Shown in pieces: positions 10,760-23,924 of a DNA stretch of 64,000 bases. The position numbers and the translations under genes are program-made. The DNA lies in assembly GCF_039555335.1 (NCBI RefSeq), contig NC_092646.1, positions 36,795,911 through 36,859,910 on the forward strand, read 5' to 3'. The notes below the pieces were generated by a model. The model was not told where the DNA came from and made no database searches. It saw only the letters and a list, made by a program, of their open reading frames with translations. The stretch's first letter is position 1, and every line of letters begins with the position of its first letter. The stretch comes from Amphiura filiformis (taxonomy: Eukaryota).

Positions 10760-12849
10760 GTAAGTGTAACCAATCTTTTTCATATTCCAATTTCAAATAA
10801 TGTGTATGATGTATTTGCAAAGACAAACACTTTTTCTATCACTTTATTACTTTCTTTTAAATATGTATCCGTTATTCTAACAAAAATAAAATTGCATTAT
10901 TATTACTGGGATCAAAAGTACTTTTGCGTTATTGTATAAATTTTACTCTTTTTTTAGTTAGCTGAATTAGTCAATGTCGTTTACTTTCGAACCCATAGCA
11001 TACCAACTTTTTGGTGCAAATTTAACAAAAACGCTAAAGAGTCTACACTGACCGCTGACTTGCATTCCGAAGTTTTATCATATCTCTCCAAATGACAACA
11101 TTCAAGTTCTAATATACAGCTGATAAAACCATTTCAAGACGCTAAAGACAGCATTGACGTTTCAAATTGTACCTAAAATGCTGATTTTGATACACATAAC
11201 TTAAGCGCCTCTAACCCTATTGAAATTAAGCTGCATTCTCTTCAGTTCTTTGAAACAAATTCTTATCAAATCCATATTTCTCACAGAATTAATATTACTA
11301 TACTATAGGGTCCACAACTTATAAGTTCCCCCAAGATTCTTTTTAAAATAAATCGAAAAATATTTGACGAAATGCAAACGTGTAAAATGGTTTCGGTAGC
11401 CTTATTTGTTTTACACATAATGGTCCAAATTATAGCGCACACGCCATTGCGTTAGGTCACTATGGTTCATTATGTAAACATATACTTCTAGTGCCCGTTT
11501 CTATTCATCGTTATGTAATCTTCTCCCGTGCATTATTTTCGCGAACTACTTCGCGTGCAGGTTTATATAGACCTGCACGCTAAACAATACATTATCTAAA
11601 ACCTGCACGCTAAACAATAGATTTTAGATAATACGTGCACGCTCAAATACTAGAAATACTACTTTCACATTACTATGTAACTATGTTCGATATATATACC
11701 ACCAAAAAAGTACGAATATACATTCTGTGGTGTTAAAATAGTTATAGGGTATGGTATTTTTTCATGCGCACTTTGTAACTCATAGGTTAACTGTTCTATT
11801 TTGCAACTATCATTGCCATAAATTATGATTAATGAACTCAAATAAATCAAACATCAAATGAGAATAATCGAGCTTCTATTAATTAAAAAGGGCTAAAAAC
11901 AGGTGGACCATAATTATACAAGATGACACCATTACAAAATATTCAGCATTTTACAAATGAATTACATGTAGGCCAATATCTAAGATAACATAAACACGCA
12001 CGGGAAACACACACTAGCGTATAATATCATGATCATGCTTTATAATACTGAACACATTGAAAAATTCCACTCTCGTGTGTTTTAACAATATTAGTAGATT
12101 TTAAATTGTAGAACTATAAAGTCCAGTTGATATTGATATATAAGTTTATTCTCTCATCTCCATTCACCGTAGTACTACATGTAGTGGGACGTCAAAATCG
12201 ATTGTTTCCAACTGCTTCAGTGCTCTCTGTGTTCGGAACCACGATATTAAATGATCACAACATAAAGTCAATTGGTTACAAACCATGCGTGAATAAGTTA
12301 CTAAAGTATGACGTATGGCGCAATCGATACCATTGATAGCTAACTTATACAGTGATTCATTTTCTTGACCAGTTACTAGTAAATGCTGCCTGGTCAATGA
12401 CCTGACGGTGTTTTTAACATTTAAGATATTTTACCTAATATTCAAACTAATATAATGAAAACAAATTGCTCGTCGTATGGGAGTTGCGCTTAATGCGATT
12501 CGAAAATTGAGAACAAAATTTCAGGTGACAAGAGAAGTGAAAAATCAGCCGACAGATGTGTTCGACTGATTACATGACTAATTTTGCACGCTCGTCTACT
12601 TCGGAAAATCTGAAAAGCAGTCGCGGGCATCGCATTGCGGGCATTATTCGGTCCGGGGATTCGTGAGTTTCCCACTTCCCTCGACCCCTCCCTACCACCA
12701 TTACCACCACTTCGAAATCATGCGCACGCCACTGATAATGATCAAATCGGTTTAAATGATGATTTAATTGGCAGTAGAGAAACGTTATCTTTTCTGTTTC
12801 CATTTTTCTTATCCTTTTTCTTTTCTCATTTTTTATTTCATTTCACCAG

Positions 12850-13538
12850 CATCATGTTTTGCTTCCGACTCTATGGTTCGCGTGAAACTACTCACCAAAG
12901 ATGACGGCACGAAAATAGAACGTAAACGAATGTATCAACTGAAAGTAGGAGATCACGTGGAAAGCTTTGACCCAGAAACAAACTCGGTGGCATTTTCCGA
13001 AGTGTATTTCATATCTCATGAAGATGAAAGCAGCAACTCCTCTCGCTTGATAAAGTTAGTGTTCGGATTCGAAGATAAGAAAGAGCTATCTCTTCGTCTG
13101 CATTCGAAGCATTTGGTCTACGCGTGCAGTATTAAGGAAAAAGCTGAACCAACTGAAGCACCCATCACTGATTCCTGTCGGTATCCACCGATGAATCCAG
13201 TAACCGCTGAAAGCGTGAAAATCGGCGATATCGTTTGGCTAAGAAATTCTGCCGGTGAATTCTCCCCAAAACCGGTGATCAAAATCGGTGAGTCCTGGAA
13301 TGGTATTCGACATCCAATGACTCTCAACCATTACATTGTTGTAGATGATGTTTTGGCGTCTGTTCATATGTATGATGAAGGGTTATACAGGCAGGTCACA
13401 GCTCCGTTGAGATTTCTGTATGGCATCAGCCCGTCTATTACCGACACTAGCCTTGTTAAGAAGCTGGTCCAAATGTGGGATCATGTTGAAGACAAATTTC
13501 TTGTAAGTGATTTGAGGCACTGGTTTGGATTAAATTGA
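12850..13538 (+). CDS. Copy 1 terminal exon: Hedgehog-type Hint (Hog) autoprocessing domain
   Basis: Acceptor tttcaccag|ca. It encodes (P)SCFASDSMVRVKLLTKDDGTKIERKRMYQLKVGDHV...LVYA...IRHPMTLNHYIVVDDVLASVHMYDEGLYRQVTAPLRFL. These are Hh-C hallmarks: the Cys-Phe start, TxxH-like LHSKHL, VV(N/D)DVLAS(C/V), and an A-P-(F/L)-R-(F)-L start of the sterol-recognition-like tail. The terminal frame differs by 1 nt from copies 2 and 3. Confidence 0.6.
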
Positions 13539-16500
13539 GAAACTTAAACAATATCGGTGGAGTAAAGGTTTCATCAACTGCATGTACATATATCGACTTA
13601 TGCATAAAACATTTATATGTTGGTTTGCCGTAACTGTTAAGAGACCAAAACATTAGGTTCGGGCGTTTCCTTTTTTTTTTCTTTCTTTTTTTTTTTAAAC
13701 CTTTCTCTGTTTTGGTCTTTTTTATTTAGTTTAAACAAAGTTTGAGGAGCAAATGCATACAACACCAATTATAACATGATATCAATGAGGCTACGAAAAT
13801 TTAAATGCTAGCATAAACTGTAGCCACTTATACTTTGATCATACTTTTGCTCGTAATCGGCGGGGCTCATAACATCGTGGATTATTGTATAATAGCGTAC
13901 AAACAGCTTGGCGCACCACCTACGCGAACCGTGCTTTGCGTATTGCATGACTGCAGTGCGCTTTTGTGAATTTAAACAGGCGCAGTAACAAAACCGAATA
14001 ATGTTCGCCTATTACGAGTTGATCATAGTATAGGCACTAAGTAAATGTATGTTTGTTAGACGTAACACCAGCAAGAAACAAAACAATTTGGGTCTGGCAT
14101 TCTTGTTAGTGTTTTTATTTCCTCATTTTTCCGTTTTAGTCTTTTCTATTCAGGTTAAGCAATGTTTGAAGGTCAAGTTTCATTTTACACAAACTTCCTT
14201 TTGATGTAAATTCACGGTCGCTCGAACTATTTTTTCTCCGAAAAATGTAGAACAAAAAGTTTTTACTATAATGATATTTCAAAGTGAATTTTTCCTCACT
14301 AAAATATTTCGTCCTTCACATCGGAGGACTTCTTCAAGTATGATTGATATGGTCGTCTGATCCACTTTCCCAGGAAACTGGTTTCCGGTACTTCTTACTC
14401 TCTTTTCCAGTCTGTAAAGGAGTTTTGGGTTTATCAAACAAACTGGAAATATTTATTTTAATCAACAATCTATTCAACGAAAAAAGTTTTAAGCCTTGTA
14501 AAGTACATAAAATGGAGCCACTTTGAAAATAAACGAATTCGTTAGAAAAAATTATATGTATTTCATTTAGTGGTAAGAACAACGTGCTTACATTAAGCAA
14601 CTTTTATCTTAATACATGAATTAAATTTTGTAAGTGATAAATTCAGCCTAGTCACCTTACTAAAATGATTCTAAAATTGGTGTTAAAAAGATCATATGAA
14701 TCATATTAGCGCAGATGGCGCTTTCACTGCACTAAAATGATTGATATGATCAATTTAATAGGGAGGCTGGCTTAGGTAAATTACTTAGTTATTCTGAAAT
14801 GATAATATATTGTACCAACATAAAAAAGTGAAATTGTACACAGTCATTGAAACTTGATCTTCGTCATCATCGTCCGCTCCTTCCTCTTCTTAGTTCATTT
14901 TTTGTTTGCTTTTCCTTCATTTTTTTCTTCATCATGCTCATTGTCTAGTTCTTAATTATCATCATCGTCTTCTTCTCATTCTTTTCTTTTCGTTTCTTCT
15001 TTGTCACTTCTTCTTCTTCTCCTTGGTTTATGAATATACTGCTATAATTTTAAAACTTGAAGCGCAATTATTATGAAACTTACCTTCAAGTCAATGGTAA
15101 GTACTTAATTGGTTATGATGTTTCTGACAAATTATTGATAAGTGGTGATAAGTTTGACGACAAAATGTACATATCGTGCATCATAATATTGCTAAATATC
15201 GATTAAGTATCTCCAAATTATCGATTAATAATCTACAAAACAAAACCCAAATTAATATATGGTAGTTGAATTTTAGTACGAATTAATGTGTTTTAATTTT
15301 CGTTTTACGACTGCGTACAATATAGTTGCCCACCCATTTCTGAAGATACACCCCTTTGATATCACTGACTTAATCATGTGCAGAGAAAGAAGGGAGATTA
15401 CAATCCTTTAAAATAACAGATACCTGGCCATTTTTTGTGTAAGTTTAGATTTTAATTTTAGAATGATTCCGTTTTTACATAATTTTAATTTAAAGTGGCA
15501 TAAAGCTAAATTTAATAATTGAATTTTTCTCAAAATCAACTGATATTACCAAACTGATTTACGAAAAAATATTGCTTTCGGGGAACCTGGTTGTGTTGGC
15601 GAAAAACACCATTTGTGTATTATTGTTCTTAATATCTGATATAATGCCAACGAAAACAGAATTTATCCAGATGATCTGATGGGAGAATCATCAAAATTTA
15701 GTTTTGCGTAATCTTGGTATTTCAACAGTCTTTGGGAATGTCAAAGTAGGATCCGTCAGAACAAAGTTCCTTAACTATAATATATTTGCACATCGCCTGA
15801 TGACTTTTGAATGTATTGAGTACAAAAAACTCGTGCTTCACAACGTTCGAGCTATGACAGTTATGGTGTATAATATACTGTGCCCTTGTTATCAGATGTA
15901 TGCTCATATTTTTCCTATGACCAGAGTGAATTGTAGGCCTGAAAAAGGTTTCCTTTGAGGGGTATGAACAATAGTAGTATTGATGCTATGCGACATATGA
16001 AGGAGAGATATGAAGACGAGATTCAAGGGCGACATATGCAGGCAAGATAACAAGATACGAAGGCGAGATGCAAGGACGAAATAACACCTATAAAACTTTA
16101 CAGTTCCCCAGATTTCGCAAAAAGCCTCATATGCGACTCGGGGGTCTTCAAAAATTATTGTAGAAATCCCCTTTGTTTTGCCAATTTTATCTATTTAAAC
16201 CTCCCCTCATGGTACATAATTTCGTCCTCGTATCATACCGCTCTCTTATCTTGCCCGAATATCTCGCATGTTGCCCTCGCATCTTATATCTCGCATTCGA
16301 ATCTCGCACATTAAAATGCAGATTTTGACATTTTCAGTGATTTTTAAGCACCTTTTTCAGTCTGTCGGTCAAGAAGTCAGCGTACCCGTAATCCATCCTA
16401 CACGCTACGTTTTCACGACTTTCGCTTTGTACTTAGGTTATAATAAGGTAACGGCGTCCGGGAACGTCGCACAGTAGGCCTAACGTATTTGTGAGTCAAC

Positions 16501-16739
16501 TTGGTGTATCGATTTCCAGCAAACAATTTTACGTTGTTCCAACGTCGTATGAATGTCATCTACGTTGTACATACGTAAACTCGTATCTGTGTTGTGAAAG
16601 CGTTATTTCGGACGTTGATTTTCAGACGTTGATATAACGTCATTATGACGTTGTTTAAACATCAAGTTGTGAACGTATTTATTCAAAAGTCCTTATTACG
16701 TCCGAATGAATTACAGAAAGTTAAGTTCGCATGTGTTTA

Positions 16740-17850
16740 AAGGGCATTATATATTGCTCGGACAACATCATATCATTGGCAAGCTAATATTATGAGGACA
16801 ATGAAAATGACTCCTTTTTTGAGAAAATAAGACGTTTAAAATAGATATTCCGCAAAAACCAACTGTAAGCGGTGAGTTCCTTCGAACGAGACAAATTTGA
16901 CCTAGAAAAAAGTGTGACGTCATGAAATGAAATGTGCCCGCTTTGAGAGAATGGACTGTAAATACTCTCAATGCACAGAACGTATTTTCTTTGTTATCAG
17001 AAAAAGAAAACTCTGAATCAAGTATCACAAATTTAATGGTTTTAAACATATGGATAAAATCAGACCGCTTCATTATTATATATTAGTAAATTGTGATATT
17101 ACAATTCATATGTATATCAACATCATGAGAAATATTTGGACTAAAAAATAAAATAAAAAATATTTTAGAGCAATACCGTATTCACTCGATAGTTAGCACA
17201 TGTGCTTACTATCGAGGGCTTTTGAAAACGTGCAAAAACGAAAAAAAATGAACAGCGCCATCCACAAAAGTGACAAAAGTGTAAAGGGTTTTGAGCAAAT
17301 CATCGATACACATAGCTATATACGAACAATTATACCTACAAATTTGTGTGTTAACTACATTAGCTCAGTTGGTAAAGCGACAGAATTTGAATCATCTTAA
17401 GGGGGTACTACACCCCTGGCCAATTTTATGCCTATTTTTGCATTTTTCTCACAAATTATAGCGTATTGGTGACAAATAAGATATGTATATTACAGGGCAA
17501 GGACTACAACTACTGCACTGAAAATTCAGCAACTCAAGGCAAGTAGTTATTGATTTATTGATCAAATATTGGTTTTCCCTCATTTTTGACTGTAACTCCA
17601 CAACTGTTGTCTGTGCTGAAATAAAATTTCCAGTGCAGTAGTTGTAGTCCTTGCCCTATAATATACATATCTTACTTGTCACCAATGCGCTATAATTCGT
17701 GAGAAAAATGCAAAAATAGGCACAAAATTGGGCAGGGGTGTAGTACCCCCTTAAGAATAGCGAACTGAGCAGGAGTTCGAGGCTCGTTATAAACTTTTCC
17801 GTTGTTTAATTTTTATTTGGGGGTTTGAGCTTTTCTTGATAAATTTAATC
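16740..17850. repeat. Segment present again in inverted orientation at 24070-26040 (large inverted segmental duplication arms)
   Basis: 16740-17160 is the reverse complement of 25640-26040. 17160-17850 minus the MITE is the reverse complement of 24070-24420. Sub-blocks recur at 25120-25270, 33150-33310 and 34255-34470. Confidence 0.6.
17401..17750. mobile_element. piggyBac-like MITE (family C, 350 bp, TIR GGGGGTACTACACCCCTGGCC, TTAA flanks)
   Basis: Flanked by TTAA at 17397-17400 and 17751-17754. Termini are perfect 28-bp inverted repeats. A second copy lies at 41451-41801. The paralogous empty site is at about 24150-24170 (cttaag-aagaccgaactgagc). Confidence 0.65.
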
Positions 17851-17984
17851 TTTTTTTGCTTTGTTTTTACCTAGCTGGGGTTTACACCCCCCAGCTAGGT
17901 ATTGTAATCGTTCGGGTTCTTCCGCTGGCAACAAACCACTGTAATCTTCCCGTTTTCTTCCGCTGGCAACTAAGTGAAATTGCA

Positions 17985-19270
17985 CATGTTTTTGTACTTT
18001 ATGCACCAAACCCTCTATCTTTTTAACCAAATATCCCACAGAGTTGTGCGATATGTCAAACTTTTCCTCTGGTCATAAGGAACAAAAAAGTCAGTGGTCA
18101 CATCTCTGTAGGATCATTGGTTAATGAGATATAGTCACTTTTTTGTACTTTGTGTACTTAACCCTCTATCTTTTTAACCAAATATCCCACAGAGTTGTGC
18201 GATATGTCAAACTTTTCCTCTGGTCATAAGGAACAAAAAGTCAGTGGTCACATCTCTGTAGGATCATTGGTTAATGAGATATAGTCACTTTTTTGTACTT
18301 TATGCACCAAACCCTCTATCTTTTTAACCAAATATCCCACAGAGTCGTGCGATATGTCAAACTTTTCCTCTGGTCATAAAGAACAAAAAGTTAGTGGTCA
18401 CATCTCTGTAGGATCATTGGTTAATGAGATATAGTCACTTTTTTGTACTTTATGCACCAAACCCTCTATCTTTTTAACCAAATATCCCACAGAGTCGTGC
18501 GATATGTCAAACCTTTCCTCTGGTCATAAAGAACAAAAAAGTTCCTGGTCACATCTCTGTAGGATCATTGGTTAATGAGATATAGTCACTTTTTTGTATT
18601 TTATGCACCAAACCCTCTATCTTTTTAACCAAATATCCCACAGAGTCGTGCGATATGTCAAACTTTTCCTCTGGTCATAAAGAACGAAAAAGTCAGTGGT
18701 CACATCTCTGTAGGATCATTGGTTAATGAGATATAGTGACTTTTTGTACTTTGTGTACTTAACCCTCTATCTTTTTAACCAAATATCCCACAGAGTTGTG
18801 CGATATGTCAAACTTTTCCTCTGGTCATAAGGAACAAAAAAGTCAGTGGTCACATCTCTGTAGGATCATTGGTTAATGAGATATAGTCACTTTTTTGTAC
18901 TTTGTGTACTTAACCCTCTATCTTTTTAACCAAATATCCCACAGAGTTGTGCGATATGTCAAACTTTTCCTCTGGTCATAAGGAACAAAAAAAGTCATCT
19001 CTGTAGGATCATTGGTTAATGAGATATAGTCACTTTTTGTACTTTATGCACCAAACCCTCTATCTTTTTAACCAAATATCCCACAGAGTCGTGCGATATG
19101 TCAAACTTTTCCTCTGGTCATAAAGAACAAAAAGTCAGTGCTCACATCTCTGTAGGATCCTTGGTTAATGAGATATAGCACTTTGTGCATTTAACCCTCT
19201 ATCTTGTTAACCAAATATCCCACAGAGTCGTGCGATATCTGATATGTCAAACTTTACCTCTAGTACGTGA
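17985..19270. repeat. Satellite array, ~150-bp unit x ~8.5
   Basis: Unit ...ttttgtactttatgcaccaaaccctctatctttttaaccaaatatcccacagagt[c/t]gtgcgatatgtcaaacttttcctctggtcataa... repeats with about 150-bp period. Confidence 0.85.
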
Positions 19271-19599
19271 AGACGGCCTGATTGGCGCGAGGTTCATATC
19301 GGTACGTATGCACCAAATATGTATCTTGTAAACCTTAATAAGTTTTGCCTTGCCTTGCTTCGTAATCCTGTTTGGGCTGGACAAAAAATTTTTTTCCACT
19401 TTTCCCCAGTTTCCCTATGGTATTTCGTCTTTAAGCTTACTGATATACAGGGATTGAATACGAGTGTCACGGCCCTGGTTAGTGTGCATTCAAATCAGAG
19501 ATCCCTGTTCAAGGCCATCTTACTTAGCCGTCGGAAATGATTGCAAATTACACATTTGTAATCATTTTGACCACAAAATATGATGTGAAAACACAGGTA

Positions 19600-20045
19600 A
19601 GCAATGTGATAAATTTATCTGTACACATTGTCGCACTCTGAGTGACGTATGGTATATTTGCAACCCTGTGGTGGATTTGCGAACAATTTGTCGACATAAT
19701 GATGTTCGCGGAGAAACGGTGGCCCAAAATGCGTTATTTTTGGTAATATGCAGACGAATGGCCAAATTAATAGAAAAATACCTGTGATAAATTTATCTGT
19801 ACAAATTGTCGCACTACGAGTGACATATGGTATATTTGCAACCCTACTGTGGATTTGTGAACAATTTTTCGACATAAATGACCTTCGCGGAAAAACGGTA
19901 GCCCAAAATGGGTTATATTTGGTAATATGCAGACGAATGGTCAAATTAATAAAAACAATACCTGTGATAAATTTATCTGTACAAATTGTCGCACTCCGAG
20001 TGACATATGGTATATTTGCAACCCTACTGTGGATTTGCAATTGAC
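19600..20045. repeat. Tandem repeat, ~178-bp unit x 2.5
   Basis: cctgtgataaatttatctgtacaaattgtcgcact... recurs at about 19605, 19783 and 19962. Confidence 0.8.
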
Positions 20046-20350
20046 CTGGGGAACATATTGGAACATTTTGCACGGGTCAGCTCAAAAGACATCACTAAGT
20101 TCTGGGGCCAAATCTTAGAATTGCGTTATCTGGACATCTGTAAGAGGTACAGGGCGCAAACTCGGTGACAACTCATGACCAGGGGTGAATTATGGAACAT
20201 CTTGCAGGGGTCTGGTCAAAGGTCATCTGGGTCAAATCTTAGAATTGCATTTTCTGGACATCTGTGAGGAGTACAGGACTCAAAACTCGGTGACAACAAA
20301 CCTCATGACAGGGGAACATTTTTGGAACATTTTGCAGGGGTCAGATACCT
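20040..20350. repeat. Tandem repeat, ~115-bp unit x ~2.5
   Basis: Repeated ggaacat[a/t]ttggaacattttgca[c/g]gggtca...atcttagaattgc[ga]tt[at]tctggacatctgt[ag]a. Confidence 0.7.
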
Positions 20351-20379
20351 CCACAATACCAACATGCCCCAGCTAGGTT

Positions 20380-20520
20380 TGTGGTCTATGACCACCATTT
20401 GCCTCTAGTTCATTTGGTTTCTTTATTGTTTCTTATTTGCTTTATTTTGTTTTGTTTTTTCTTTTCTTTTCTTTTTCTTCTTTCTTTTTTGTTCTATTCA
20501 TACTGGGGTCATGGGCTATT
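20380..20520. repeat. Inverted repeat partner of 23925-24070
   Basis: The poly-pyrimidine block ...tttctttattgtttcttatttgctttattttgttttgttttttcttttc...ttctattcatactggggtcatggg is the reverse complement of 23925-24070. Confidence 0.7.
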
Positions 20521-21604
20521 TATTCAACAATGTAATTGGGTATGCCCTCAATGTTAAAATGAGGTGGTCATGGTCCTCTTTGCCATTACACGCTACAGAA
20601 ATTCCATATTTTTCAAAGGCTCTGATGATGGTTCCCTTCTATCAAATGACTATCATTGAAGACTGAGTTCCGCAGTCTATTTCAAAATACTGACTTCGTT
20701 TTACATCAAGAAGGACACAATAACTGCGACTTAAACGTGATATGGACATGCTTTTTAACCGCAAAGAAATCGTTTGCATTTTATAATTTTAACCTTATCC
20801 ATTATACTTTTATGATTTTGTGCAATACGAAAAATAAAAAACAAAGAGCGTGTTTATAGTGAGCCAGATTATGCGGTATTTAGCTGGACTGCCACGCAGT
20901 CTATATTTGTTTATGTTTGACTAACCATTGCAAATCTAGACTACGCGGTAGTTTAGCCAAATAACGGAAAGATTGTCTCACTATAAACACGCTCATTGTG
21001 TAACATGTAAAACCCCGCTCCGATTCAATTGTGCCTGTTACATTGAGCGTGTTTATAGTGAGCCAGATTATCCGGTATTTAGCGTATAAGTACATCTTAT
21101 ACGGTATTGGTCGCCACTATAAACAGACCAATAGCGCTATTTGCCGCACATATTATACGGAACTGATATCCTTCGATATCGATGGATATTGCAGTATATT
21201 TATTCCGTATACGGCCACTATAAACAGACAGGGATTAACGATACCGTTATTCAAGGAAGTGGAGCAGGGTTATATAACTCTCCGAGCTCAAATTTGTCAC
21301 TGTAATAACATATCACCTATAAAATATGGTACGGTACTGTGGCAAAAATGTTAAAAAATAGGCCGGTATCGTTTCGACGGCAAACTGTTTGAAATTGGCA
21401 CTATATCCGTGTCTCCCACATTGCATTGCGGTGACCTCGAACACGCTGAGTTCAACCACCTCGGATTCAGAATAGCGCTATTGGTTGCCACTATAAACAG
21501 CCGAGATAACGGATAAGTCACATTCCATCCTAATCCCATATGCGCATAAGGATACCGTATAAATACCGTACACCACTATAAACACGCTCATAGTGTGCTT
21601 TATT

Positions 21605-21870
21605 GAATCAGGGACCTTGTATAGAGGCCCTGCATGAAATTATCGATTGGCTCCAGACAAAGGATTTGAACCGGTGTCCTTCACCGTAGTTATAGCGGAG
21701 TGCAGTCCATTCAATCAAATGTTGTCATCAACCTATTTGATCGTAATGCAGGGTTATATGTGTGAGACGAACTGTCGCGGTAGATTGCTATCATGCTTTT
21801 ATTGAATGCATTTGAGTAGTCCGCCATATTTACGGGATGATACGTCACATGCAAGGCCTCTATTCAGTAT
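21605..21870. mobile_element. MITE-like element with TIR cttgtatagaggccctgcatg
   Basis: Inverted termini at 21611-21635 and 21848-21867. It contains a tRNA-T-loop-like ggttcaaatcc, but no cloverleaf can be drawn. Confidence 0.4.
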
Positions 21871-23670
21871 CAAAGTTACGTAATGTTACTATGTCAACGG
21901 GATCACGCTCTTGAGTAATGAACCACGATCGAAACGATCACCACACAAAGTATATGGCACTCGAAGGCATACCAAAAAAGCGTGATCCGGTAACCAAGAG
22001 AATTACGTAACCACTTCGATGCTGAATATGGAGGGACTGTAAACGGCTTCCACCCATTGTACCATGCGAGTTGCTGGTTTACAAATTATCCTCAGTTGAG
22101 CAAGCATACGTTGATCAATAGACCCTGGTACGAATCCAAGCACAGTTACAACACAGCGCGTGTCTTGTCTTGTACATTGCGAAATGAGCCTACATGTTTG
22201 CCTATAATGACAGACTCTAGAAATGCCAACATAAATCTTCAAAGAACATCATCTTAAGAATTATTTCAGTATCGAAATCAGAAGGAATACCAAGCGTACG
22301 GTGTACACATTCCAGAAAAAAATATAATTTTGTTTGTTCTAGCATTCTGTATCTCCACAAAATTATCACATTTTGTCTTCAAAATCCTATGTAAATGATT
22401 TTCCATGCTACACAGAAATTGTGTTCGACAAAAGATAGACATTTTACACAATTTTGCATATCTTAAAAAAGATATTGGAATATTTTGATGTTTTTTTAAA
22501 TATTTAGTATAGGGCAACATGAGTAAATAATAAAATTCAAACATAGCGCACTCGGCGCAACTCGCATACAATCGAAGGTCGAAAAGATAATCTGATAACA
22601 ATATCTTGACAATAGCTATCAATAATCTGTTTCCAGTCCCTGATTGAATGGCCAAAAATACGCCAACAATGACATAACAGCAAGCCAAAGACGAATTCTG
22701 ATCACCAAGTGGGTTGGAGAAGTATGGAAGGACATTACAATGAAGGGAACCAGGCATAGATCTACTGTACATATTTCGAGGAGCATAACAAAGACCAATT
22801 GGTGTCGTATAACCTTTGACATGCATGCATTCTTTTGTCGAGAGTGACATGGTCTTTCAATTCGTGCCGAGTGTCCTTGTCAGACTTGACTATGCATCAG
22901 TGGTCATGAAATTAACCTCTGCCCCAGTAATCCCAAGCAATTGTCTGAAATTGCTCCTCGGAGATGTATCATACTCCTCAAATGATAGTCATATAACGAC
23001 CAAAAGATAAATGACCGACTATCATTGAGGACTAAGTTCCGCAGTCTAGGTGAAGCTGAGTCCTATCAAAATCAAACAGGAAACAATTTCGTGCCTAATT
23101 TTAACACCGGGATTTTTTACAAATGTATATCCAAGAACTATGTTTTTATTCAACATTTTTTATTCAACATTACTGAAAAAAAAAAGTTTTTTATATGACC
23201 GAGAATTTTCAAAGCAAAAACGCGTATTTCTGAATTGTGCCGAGTTCAACATGTATCGACCGACTTTTAGCACGACTATGCGTAACAATTCGCAAGGGAA
23301 ATGTTACGTGTAATCCGATTATCACTGTCAGCTGGATCACGCTTTTGAGTTCTGCACCACGATCGATATGATCGCAACACAAAGTCTATGGCATTCAACG
23401 CCATTTATTGTTCTATTGTGTCCCAGCAGCTATGTCTGCCATTGAGGTGTAGCATGGGTGTAGGAATGCATGAAATTGGATGTAGCGGTGAAATTTTAAA
23501 GTTAATCCAATTATTTGCCAGCGAAGTGTTACGTGTAATCCGATTATCACTTTGTCTATTAGAACGAAATGAGCGTATTTATTTGCCTTCAAAAAGGTGC
23601 GTGATCCAGTTACCAAGGAGTTATGTAACCACTCCACTTTTAATCCAACTGATCTTTAATTGTTCCTTTG

Positions 23671-23712
<42 letters not shown>

Positions 23713-23924
23713 AAAGTCCACAAAAAAACCTTCAAGAATTGTCAAATGTAGGCCTATATTCGAAGTTAAAAAAAAAGACCTGTAAAACAAACATGGCAGA
23801 GAAAAAAAAAATCTAAATAGTGAAATACTGAACAGATTTGAACTTAATCGAGTCTCGAAGTCCGGCGTTTTCCAAACTGAGCTAATGGGGTTCAGACATA
23901 CATTTGCAGGTTGAATTGTTCGTA

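Noticed and set aside
12768-13538. ORF reading from an upstream ATG through a hydrophobic stretch into the Hint domain, suggesting a stand-alone secreted Hint protein (also 48566-49456)
   Set aside because: The hydrophobic 'leader' (…FLIFYFISPAS / …FLSFFTSLFLFFIHL…) is simply the translation of the T/C-rich polypyrimidine tract that precedes a strong AG acceptor. Copy 2 has an in-frame stop in the same position. I keep it only as a low-probability alternative, as described in findings.
21640-21720. tRNA-like T-loop (ggttcaaatcc) on the minus strand
   Set aside because: The T-stem, acceptor stem and anticodon arm cannot be paired. The motif sits inside a MITE, so it is likely a SINE/MITE-derived fragment and not a tRNA gene.
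22278-22850. 190-aa ORF on the minus strand
   Set aside because: No recognisable domain, low-complexity composition, no splice or promoter context, and embedded in repeat-rich spacer. Probably a chance ORF.
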